Of a stretch of DNA of 64,000 nt, positions 56,898 through 64,000 are shown one piece after another. The position numbers were made by a program, and so were the translations under genes. The stretch is from assembly GCA_052246995.1 (NCBI GenBank), contig JBQPWD010000004.1, positions 96,001-160,000 on the forward strand, in the 5' to 3' direction. Within the stretch, counting starts at the first letter, position 1. Every line of letters starts with the position of its first letter. Origin of the DNA: Candidatus Bathyarchaeota archaeon. GTDB taxonomy: Archaea > Thermoproteota > Bathyarchaeia > Hecatellales > Hecatellaceae. The notes under the pieces were generated by a model. The model was given only the letters and a program-made list of their open reading frames with translations. It was not told where the DNA came from and made no database searches.

Positions 56898-58661
56898 TTA
56901 AACCATGGTAAACGTAAACAACATCATTAAAGTTAAAACCACTATATACAACAAGTAGTGAGGTAGGAAGCCTGTATGGATTGCTCTAACAACCCTTAAA
57001 AAAGGATATGCTGCAAAGCTGAAGGGTGATGAAGAAACCTTTGCTTCCTCAACCTTTAGGTATGGTGGTGTAACCAATCCACCAGTAAACGGCAAAAACT
57101 TGTCAGATGTAGGAGGATATTTAAGAGGCTTTGCCGTTAGCTTGTAAATAGCAAAGATTACCACAACTCCAAAAAATAGTAGAAATGCCCCCCACGCAGC
57201 ATACCAAGACCCAACATCCGTAACAAGGAAGAATAAACTTGCAACCAACTGCACCTCGCCCCTAACAAGCATGGTTGTTGCTGGAACAATAAGATAAGAA
57301 AGCGGAAATCCTGGAACAACGCCAAAGAGAATGCATAGTGATGCTAGTATCACCATTGGAATGTACATAAGCGGAGAAACTTCTTTTACATTAGAGAGTT
57401 TTCCCGGTAGAGAAAGAAAGATGGAATGTATAACCTTCATGAACGATATGAGCGTAAGTGCACTTACAAGCATCCCAACTCCTGCAAGTAAAGGTGCACC
57501 AGCCTGAATACATGCCTCATAGATTATCCACTTACTGCTAAACCCGCTAAACGGAGGAATTCCTGAGATTGAAAGTGAAGCAATTGTCATAGTTACGGCG
57601 GTTATAGGCATATGTCTAGCTAAACCACCTAACCTGTCCAGGTTTGTTTCACCAGTTGCATGTTCAACAGAGCCTGCACATAGATACAGTAATCCTTTAT
57701 AGATTGCATGATTTAGCGAATGGAATAAACCTCCTATTATACCCAGCGGGGTTCCCAGCGAAACACCCATAACCATATACCCCATTTGGCTTATAATGTG
57801 ATAGGAAAGGAGTCTCTTAACATCGCGTTGGAGAAGAGCCATGAAAACTCCAACAAGCATTGCACCTGCGCCAATCCAGGCCAAAAAATGGTTAACAGGG
57901 CTAAGTACACCATACGCATGGTAAACTATCCTAATTAGAGGAATTAAGACAACATAAGGGCTTAGCTTAATGGTTGAAACCGCAAGCAACGCCCCCACTG
58001 GGGATGGTGCCTCGGAAAAAGCATCGGGAAGCCATGTATGTAGAAGTATTAATGGAACTTTAACCCCAAAGCCTATTACAATCAGCGCTAAGGCAGTTTT
58101 GAACAGCATTCCTTGAAGTTGCGTGTTGTACAGGCATGATAAATACAACGTTCCTGTTTGTAAATATAAAATGAGAATGCCGGCTAACGCGATAAAGCCC
58201 GCCAATGTACATTGAAAAATGTATTTTAACGCTGCCTCCAAAGAAGAGTTTCTTCTATAATATAGTATAAGAACTGCCGAGGAAATTGTTGTTAACTCGA
58301 TAAAGATATAAAGCCATAAAAGATCCCATGAAACTGCAACACCAACCATGCTGCCAGTAAACAGTAAGCTAAAACAATAATATTCACCAGCTTTTTCCTT
58401 TGTAAACTCTAGTGAATATATAAGTACCAAGAAACTCATAAACGCAGGAACCAGAGCTACAAACATTGTTAAATCATTAATGGAGAAAGAGAAGACTGAA
58501 GCTAACCTAACATTTCCACTAAAATTAGCAAGTATAAGTATAAACGAGGTTAGCGAAACAAGTATAGAAAAAATTCCTGAGACTTTTCCACTTACCTTGC
58601 CTACATAATAAGCAACAGGTGCACCAACGAACAAAAGTGTCAAAGCAAGTAATAGTAACAT
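56898..58661 (-). CDS. Antiporter-like proton-translocating subunit (HycC/HyfB/MrpD-like)
   Basis: FIELTT, EAALKY, GVKVP..LHTWLPDAFSEAPSP, KRLLSYHIISQMGY, HSLNHAIYKGLL, GIPPFSGFSSKW. Confidence 0.92.
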   Translation of the reverse strand: MLLLLALTLLFVGAPVAYYVGKVSGKVSGIFSILVSLTSFILILANFSGNVRLASVFSFSINDLTMFVALVPAFMSFLVLIYSLEFTKEKAGEYYCFSLLFTGSMVGVAVSWDLLWLYIFIELTTISSAVLILYYRRNSSLEAALKYIFQCTLAGFIALAGILILYLQTGTLYLSCLYNTQLQGMLFKTALALIVIGFGVKVPLILLHTWLPDAFSEAPSPVGALLAVSTIKLSPYVVLIPLIRIVYHAYGVLSPVNHFLAWIGAGAMLVGVFMALLQRDVKRLLSYHIISQMGYMVMGVSLGTPLGIIGGLFHSLNHAIYKGLLYLCAGSVEHATGETNLDRLGGLARHMPITAVTMTIASLSISGIPPFSGFSSKWIIYEACIQAGAPLLAGVGMLVSALTLISFMKVIHSIFLSLPGKLSNVKEVSPLMYIPMVILASLCILFGVVPGFPLSYLIVPATTMLVRGEVQLVASLFFLVTDVGSWYAAWGAFLLFFGVVVIFAIYKLTAKPLKYPPTSDKFLPFTGGLVTPPYLKVEEAKVSSSPFSFAAYPFLRVVRAIHTGFLPHYLLYIVVLTLMMLFTFTMV

Positions 58662-59540
58662 TTATCCTTTCCCCTCCAGCTTGTTTAAAAGTCTTGTTGC
58701 ACGAATCCTCCTAAAAATAGAGCCTAGGGATGTAGCTGAAAATCCTTGAGCTAAAGCTACAAGTTCAAGCAGGTTCATACATGGAATATCATAAACGTAG
58801 CCTTTTTCTCTAAGGAATAGTTGAGCCATTTCAAGGAAGTTGAGACATGCAGGACATATAAGGGCTATACAGTCAGCCTCAACCTTTTTAACCTCGTCAA
58901 GCTTAACCTTAGCCCGTTCATTATAAGCGTAATCTAGGTTTAGAAAGCTTGTTGGGAAACCGCAACAGATCCTCTCACTTTCGTAAGGCAAAATCTGGCA
59001 GCCTATTACTTCGGCTATTTTTTTAAGCTTTTTCTGTAGGTTTAACTCTTCATCAAACTTTCTAAGCTTACAACCAGGTTGAAGACAAACTTTAATGTTT
59101 GTTAAAGGCTTAACCACGGTATTTTCCAACCTTTTTAATCCTACATCGTCGTATAAAACTTCCAGTATGTTTTTAACATTAACTTTACCAATATATTCTA
59201 AACCATAATTTGAAAGTATTCGATTAACCTTTTCATTTACCTCCTTATCCTTCTCTAAAATTTTTTTAGCCTCAAACAAAGTTTCAAAACAACCGTTACA
59301 AACAGTAAAAACATCATAACCAAGCTTCTCAGCCAAAGCTAAGTTTCTAGCGGCCAAGGTAATCCACATCAACTCATCAACAACCCTTGGAATATCTGTT
59401 GGAGGACAGCAAGAAGCACCTTCAACATCATAAACTACAACACCAAGTTTTTCAAGAACTTTTCTGGTGGCAGATTCAACATAAGGTTGGAGCGATGGAA
59501 TAAAACATCCAAGAAAAAATGAATATTCCAACCTTTTCAT
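58662..59540 (-). CDS. hdrB: Heterodisulfide reductase subunit B-like (double CCG domain)
   Basis: FFLGC, SCCP, AARNLALAE, VCNGCF, PGC, CCG, CPAC..LE.AQ; its stop abuts the antiporter-subunit ATG. Confidence 0.88.
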   Translation of the reverse strand: MKRLEYSFFLGCFIPSLQPYVESATRKVLEKLGVVVYDVEGASCCPPTDIPRVVDELMWITLAARNLALAEKLGYDVFTVCNGCFETLFEAKKILEKDKEVNEKVNRILSNYGLEYIGKVNVKNILEVLYDDVGLKRLENTVVKPLTNIKVCLQPGCKLRKFDEELNLQKKLKKIAEVIGCQILPYESERICCGFPTSFLNLDYAYNERAKVKLDEVKKVEADCIALICPACLNFLEMAQLFLREKGYVYDIPCMNLLELVALAQGFSATSLGSIFRRIRATRLLNKLEGKG

Positions 59541-59545
59541 CTTCG

Positions 59546-59836
59546 CTAATATCTTAACTTTCCTTTCTCCAAGTCAAAACCAATTTTTTCATCAAACATT
59601 AACTTTTTAGCAATATCCTGAATTTGCTTAGTTGCAAAAGTATGTTTGTATGCTGTTGGGGGGATATCAGGCAATCCAAGCTTAACCCGCCTACCTTTCC
59701 AAACCTCAAGGAATTCTTGAACATGCCCTGTTAAGAGGATATTAGATACAGGAAATCTGAATTGATGTGGAAGAAAACCCTTAATATCCTTTCTTAAAGG
59801 GTATAATCGCAAGTTTTCCTCTAAACTATTTCCCAT
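59546..59836 (-). CDS. HdrC C-terminal domain-only protein (no Fe-S Cys motifs)
   Basis: NILLTGH...RRVKLGLPDIPPTAYKH...IQDIAKKLMFDEKIG resembles the HdrC C-terminus; no cysteines. Confidence 0.7.
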   Translation of the reverse strand: MGNSLEENLRLYPLRKDIKGFLPHQFRFPVSNILLTGHVQEFLEVWKGRRVKLGLPDIPPTAYKHTFATKQIQDIAKKLMFDEKIGFDLEKGKLRY

Positions 59837-59898
59837 GTTTTATCCTACACCACAAGAAGGCATAGAAGCATTTTCAAACTACTACTTTATCCTAAAAT

Positions 59899-59910
59899 TT
59901 TTATATAAAA
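59899..59910. promoter_or_regulatory. Palindromic TATA element in the divergent hdr/gcvH intergenic region
   Basis: TTTTATATAAAA, self-complementary, flanked by AAAATT/AATTTT. Confidence 0.45.
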
Positions 59911-60048
59911 TTTTTCATATAAAAGAAGTTGACATACAACATTCACAAAACCAAAAACTGGTTAGGAGATAAAAGAACAAAATATTTTTTAGTCTTAACA
60001 ATAGCAATATTATGTGATTGGCGGTTAAAAACGTGTGAGGGGATATAA

Positions 60049-60498
60049 ATGGTTGTTTTAGATGGCTATGAGTTTCCTGAAGACTTATACTATACACCTG
60101 AAGATGGTGTTGGAAATTCATGGGCAAGGATTGAAGCTGATGGAAGTGTAACAGTAGGGATTGATGATTTCTTCCAAAAGACAGCTAAAAGCATAAGGTA
60201 CGTTGACCTTCCATTTGAGGGAGACAAAGTTGAGCAAGGTAAGGCTTTTGCAACTGTTGAGTCTGAAAAATGGGTTGGTCAAGTAACAGCCCCAGTTTCC
60301 GGTGAGGTTTTAGCTGTAAACAACAAGGTTCTTGAGAAGCCTAAACTTGTAAATGAAGATCCCTACAGGGATGGTTGGCTTATAAAAGTTAAACCCGAAA
60401 AACTTAATGAAGAAATTAAAAACCTTGTTCATGGTGTAGACGGTATTAAACAGCTTTACCGTAAAAGCGTGGAGAAGTATCTTAAAAAGAAGGGGTGA
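60049..60498 (+). CDS. Lipoyl-carrier protein (GcvH fold, LbpA-like ESxKWVG type)
   Basis: FPEDLYY, WARIE, VTVGIDDF, TVESEKWVG (lipoylated Lys), APVSGEV..VN, VNEDPY.DGW. Confidence 0.9.
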   Translation: MVVLDGYEFPEDLYYTPEDGVGNSWARIEADGSVTVGIDDFFQKTAKSIRYVDLPFEGDKVEQGKAFATVESEKWVGQVTAPVSGEVLAVNNKVLEKPKLVNEDPYRDGWLIKVKPEKLNEEIKNLVHGVDGIKQLYRKSVEKYLKKKG

Positions 60499-60504
60499 GG
60501 TTTT

Positions 60505-61233
60505 TTGAGAATTCTTTTCTGGAGTGGCTGTCTTGCCAAAAGAAGAATGCCTGAGTCTGTTAATGCTGCATTAAAAATACTGGAAAAATTGGGATACGAG
60601 GTTGTAAAACTTGGTAATGAAGGGTGTTGTGGGGATCCGTTGATGTTAGCAGGATACACGCAATATGCACTAGAAAATGCTAAAAAAGTTGCTGAAATGG
60701 TAAATGGTGCTAATGTTGACCTTATTGTTACAGGTTGTGCTGGATGTTATAGAGGTTTTAACGAGTATGAGGATTACGGTGTAGAAATTCCTAAACCCAA
60801 ACACATGGTTCACATTGTTGCTGAAAACCTTAATAAAATAAAGTTTAAGCAAACAGAAAAGGAAAAAATTGTATACCACGACCCTTGCGAGCTTGGACGT
60901 TGGAGTGGTGTTTACGAGGAGCCTAGAAAAGTTTTACGTAGTATTGCTGATGTTGTTGAACCTTTGCTTTCAAAGGATGAGGCTCGTTGTTGTGGTGGAG
61001 GAGGAGGAATGCTTACAATAAAGGCTGATTTAAGTATTAGAGTTGGAGAGATAAGGATTGAAAGAGACATAGAGCCTACAGGTGTCAAAAAAATTGTTAC
61101 AGCTTGTCCAGCCTGCTATTCAACTTTAAGTCTTGCTGCAGGTAAAAGATGGGTTGCAACTGGAAGAAAAAAAGATGAAAGAATAGAGGTTTTTGATTTT
61201 TCGCAGTATGTTCTCTCAAAAATGGAGGTGTAA
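60505..61233 (+). CDS. CCG-domain Fe-S protein (HdrD/GlpC/LutA-like)
   Basis: WSGC, CCG, CAGC, YHDPCELGR, CCGGGGG, ACPAC. Confidence 0.9.
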   Translation: MRILFWSGCLAKRRMPESVNAALKILEKLGYEVVKLGNEGCCGDPLMLAGYTQYALENAKKVAEMVNGANVDLIVTGCAGCYRGFNEYEDYGVEIPKPKHMVHIVAENLNKIKFKQTEKEKIVYHDPCELGRWSGVYEEPRKVLRSIADVVEPLLSKDEARCCGGGGGMLTIKADLSIRVGEIRIERDIEPTGVKKIVTACPACYSTLSLAAGKRWVATGRKKDERIEVFDFSQYVLSKMEV

Positions 61234-61236
61234 AAA

Positions 61237-62514
61237 TTGAGTGTTAAAGTTAATTTTGATAAATATTTTGACGATCTTACCCAAAAATCTTATGAGGCTT
61301 TCTTGCAGAGAGCCATTGTCCGTGCAAGAACAGCATACTGGGATAGACGTCGTGTGAACTTTCCAAAGCTTAAGTATGTTGAAAAATGGTGTGAGGAGCT
61401 TAAAGGTATTAGAAGGGTTGCTCTTGACAAGTTTCTAGACTATGTAAAGATGGCTAGAGACTGGATGGAGTCAAGAGATATTAGAACTCATTGGGCTAAA
61501 GATGCGGCTGAAGCAAACAAGATAATTTATGAATTGTTTAGTAGCTGGAGGGCTAAAAAGGTTTTTAAGGTTAAAAGCATTGCAAGCGAAGAAATTGGAA
61601 TGAATGAGTATTTAGAGGAACGGGGAATTAAAGCTTGGGAAACTGATGTTGGTGCTGTTATTCTCCAGTTAATGCATGGAAAAGCTATGCATCCAACAGG
61701 TGTTTCTATTGCTGTTGCTAGGGAGGTTGCAAAAGAATATCTTTCCAAGTTTCTTGGGAAAGACCTGCCAGCGGATCCGGCAGCTTTAACTAAAGCCACT
61801 TGTGATTGGGTTAAAAAAGCAGTTCCTGAGGCAGACGCGGTGTTTTCCGGTGCTAATGCTATTGTTGCTGAAACAGGTGAAATCTGGGTTCTGGAAAATG
61901 AAGCTAATGGCAGGCTTGTACTTGCCCAACCAAAGCCCTATGTTTGTTTAGCTGGAATTGAAAAGGTTTATCCGACGAGATATGCTGCTTTGCTTTACGC
62001 ATCAATTATGCCTGTCTATGTAACTGGTGCCGCAGCCATAGACAATATAACCATTATTGGCGGTAAAAGTGCATCAAACGATATTGAAAGAGTTAGAGTT
62101 TCACCAGCAACTGGACATGAAGAAATACATGTTGTCTTCCTTGATAATGGAAGAACAGCAATGCTTAAAGATCCAGACTTCCAGGTAATGCTTACATGTT
62201 TAAAATGTGGTGCATGCTTAATGGATTGTCCAATGTGGAATACTGTTGCAGGATACTTTGGTGAACATGTATACATGGGGGCTTTTGGGATTGTATGGAC
62301 AGCATTTACCAGAAGCTTAGAGGATGCAGCACCTCAAGCATATACATGTGTACTTTGTGGTAGATGTAAGGATATGTGCCCAATGGGTATAGACCTTCCG
62401 AGGTTAATTAAAAGGTTACGTCAAAAACTTGTTGAAAAAGGGATAGTTCCGCAACAGCTTCAGGTAATGTCTGAAAACATATTGAAGTATGGTTCACCTT
62501 ACGGCTTAACATAA
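61237..62514 (+). CDS. LUD-domain + 2x[4Fe-4S] protein (LutB/LldF-like)
   Basis: KVKSIASEE, ETDVG, MHP, SGANAIVAETG..ENEANGRL, GIEK, VFLDNGR, CLKCGACLMDCP, CVLCGRCKDMCP. Confidence 0.9.
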   Translation: MSVKVNFDKYFDDLTQKSYEAFLQRAIVRARTAYWDRRRVNFPKLKYVEKWCEELKGIRRVALDKFLDYVKMARDWMESRDIRTHWAKDAAEANKIIYELFSSWRAKKVFKVKSIASEEIGMNEYLEERGIKAWETDVGAVILQLMHGKAMHPTGVSIAVAREVAKEYLSKFLGKDLPADPAALTKATCDWVKKAVPEADAVFSGANAIVAETGEIWVLENEANGRLVLAQPKPYVCLAGIEKVYPTRYAALLYASIMPVYVTGAAAIDNITIIGGKSASNDIERVRVSPATGHEEIHVVFLDNGRTAMLKDPDFQVMLTCLKCGACLMDCPMWNTVAGYFGEHVYMGAFGIVWTAFTRSLEDAAPQAYTCVLCGRCKDMCPMGIDLPRLIKRLRQKLVEKGIVPQQLQVMSENILKYGSPYGLT

Positions 62515-62609
62515 AGCTTCCAATTTTCCAACTTTCTTTTTTCTAATAAGAAATTTTCTTTATTGTTATCATTATTTTTTGTTTAAAGCCAATTGGAAGG
62601 TTAAATTTA

Positions 62610-63866
62610 TCAGATGCTTAGCTTTGCTATGGAAAACTCATCTTTAAACATTTCCTCTATTCTTATTAACTCATTCAACTTTGCTGTTCTTTCTCCGCCT
62701 ACAACTCCAGTCTTAATTATTGGACAGCTAAAAGCTATTGAAAGGTGGGCTAAGTGCGTGTCAACGGTTTCACCAGACCTGTGAGATAAAACTGGAATAT
62801 AGCCTGCAGATTTTGCAAGCTTTACTGTTTCCAACGTATCGGTTAATGTTCCAACCTGGTTAGGTTTAATTATCAAGGAGTTTGCAGCTTTAAAGTTTAC
62901 ACCAATTTTAAGCCTATCTTTGTTTGTAACAAAAATGTCGTCTCCACATATTAAACAATTTTTTGCCTTTCTTGTAAGTTCAGCAAAACCTTCAAAATCA
63001 TCCTCATGAAGAGGATCTTCAACATATACTAGATTAAATCTATCAATAAGCTCCAAAACATACTCTATCTGTTCATCCTTACTTCTACGCTTACCCTCGC
63101 CAACATAGTTGTAACATTTAAGCTTAGAATCCCATAATGATGAAGATGCAACATCTAAGCCAACTCTAACTTCAACACCAGTTTCACTTCCAACCTCTCT
63201 AGTAGCTTCAAAAACAACTTCAAGAGCCTTCTCATTTTTTAGTGGAGGAGCCCATGCACCCTCATCACCCCTGCCACCAGTAAATACTGGGACATTTTTT
63301 TCTAAAAACTCACCAATTTTTCTATAAACCTTAATGTTTGCGTGGTAAGCCTCAAAAAAAGTTTTGGCACCAACAGGCAAAACAAGAAATTCCTGAATGT
63401 CAGGCGCACCCTTTCCAGCGTGTTTACCGCCACCTACCACGTTTCCAAGCGGAAGAGGAAGAAATGTTTCTTTAAAGCATTTAAGCGAAGAAAATAAAGG
63501 TTGCTTTAAGGTTGAAGACGCGGCTTCAGCTACAGCTAAAGAAACAGCATATGCTGTGTTTCCACCTATAAAGCTAAAATTGCTTGTACCATCAACCTCA
63601 TGTAGAGTTTTATCTACAAGTTCTTGGTTGTTCGCATCCAATCCAACAATTTTAGGTTTTATGATGCTGTAAACTCTTTCAACAGCCTTTTTCACGCTGT
63701 CCTCAGGAAAGGCTACAACTTCGTGTATTCCCTTACTTTTTCCAGCTGGAGCAGCTGCCCTACCAAAACCACCTAAAGTTTTAACCTCAACTTCTATTGT
63801 TTCTTCACCACGACTGTTAAAAATCCTTCTAGCTCTAATGTCGTTTATAATTGTCTGAGAATTCAA
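62610..63866 (-). CDS. eno: Enolase
   Basis: FNSRGEETIEVE, GGKHA, DIQEF, GDEG, GLDVASS, EDP, GDD, IKPNQVGT, SHRSGET. Confidence 0.96.
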   Translation of the reverse strand: MNSQTIINDIRARRIFNSRGEETIEVEVKTLGGFGRAAAPAGKSKGIHEVVAFPEDSVKKAVERVYSIIKPKIVGLDANNQELVDKTLHEVDGTSNFSFIGGNTAYAVSLAVAEAASSTLKQPLFSSLKCFKETFLPLPLGNVVGGGKHAGKGAPDIQEFLVLPVGAKTFFEAYHANIKVYRKIGEFLEKNVPVFTGGRGDEGAWAPPLKNEKALEVVFEATREVGSETGVEVRVGLDVASSSLWDSKLKCYNYVGEGKRRSKDEQIEYVLELIDRFNLVYVEDPLHEDDFEGFAELTRKAKNCLICGDDIFVTNKDRLKIGVNFKAANSLIIKPNQVGTLTDTLETVKLAKSAGYIPVLSHRSGETVDTHLAHLSIAFSCPIIKTGVVGGERTAKLNELIRIEEMFKDEFSIAKLSI

Positions 63867-63929
63867 AACTGCCCACCTACATGTACTAAGTAAATGATAA
63901 AAAATAAGATTTAAGGTAAACGACTATTT

Positions 63930-64000
63930 TTAAACTTCACCAGTTTTACGTATACCACTTGAAAACTTTAAAACTTCATCAATAATTTCAACGTGGGATA
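63930..64000 (-). CDS. rpoN: C-terminus of RNA polymerase subunit N (Rpo10), 5'-truncated by window edge
   Basis: Reads ...SHVEIIDEVLKFSSGIRKTGEV*, matching the Rpo10 tail; rpoN near eno is a known archaeal context. Confidence 0.7.
   Translation of the reverse strand, partial: SHVEIIDEVLKFSSGIRKTGEV

Noticed and set aside
51865-58661. Interpretation as complex I (Nuo/Fpo) or Mbs sulfane reductase
   Set aside because: The large subunit has all four Ni-binding cysteines and a maturation tail, and there is only one antiporter-like subunit.
58662-59836. hdrB/hdrC as evidence for methanogenesis
   Set aside because: No mcr, mtr, hdrA or mvh genes in the window; HdrC lacks clusters and HdrB motifs are altered. 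It cannot be excluded genome-wide.

Overview
AT-rich (roughly one-third GC by eye), gene-dense chromosome segment of an anaerobic archaeon. The archaeal tRNAs, Taw1, SepRS, AfpA/DmrX, SAMP, translin and rpoN-eno, together with the style of the hypothetical genes, suggest a TACK/Bathyarchaeia-like organism; that assignment is inference. The left part holds a thiolase, TenA, a divergent tungsten-AOR pair and a membrane-anchored wHTH regulator module. It continues with secreted metallohydrolases, an anaerobic oxidative-stress island (Rbr, Dfx, Ogg, flavin reductase, rubredoxin, FprA, Isf, AfpA), molybdopterin/SAMP genes including a decayed second SAMP, and a dapA-dapB-lysA-dapF-dapL lysine operon. 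The middle has pgk, VapBC, SepRS-translin-Taw1, a DUF294 signalling nucleotidyltransferase and three GH130-like domains, followed by a Ni/Co ECF transporter with a NikR-like box, a TRAP transporter and TatAC. Five tRNAs are present; tRNA-Met has a D-arm intron. The standout is 51.9-62.5 kb. There, a formate-hydrogenlyase-like group 4 [NiFe] hydrogenase operon is headed by HdrB and an Fe-S-less HdrC fragment instead of a formate dehydrogenase. It is divergently paired with a lipoyl-carrier (GcvH/LbpA-like), a second CCG protein and a LutB-like LUD protein, suggesting a lipoate-disulfide-linked, energy-converting hydrogenase. No CRISPR array, rRNA or intact transposase/integrase was seen. All assignments come from recognising motifs, not from database searches.
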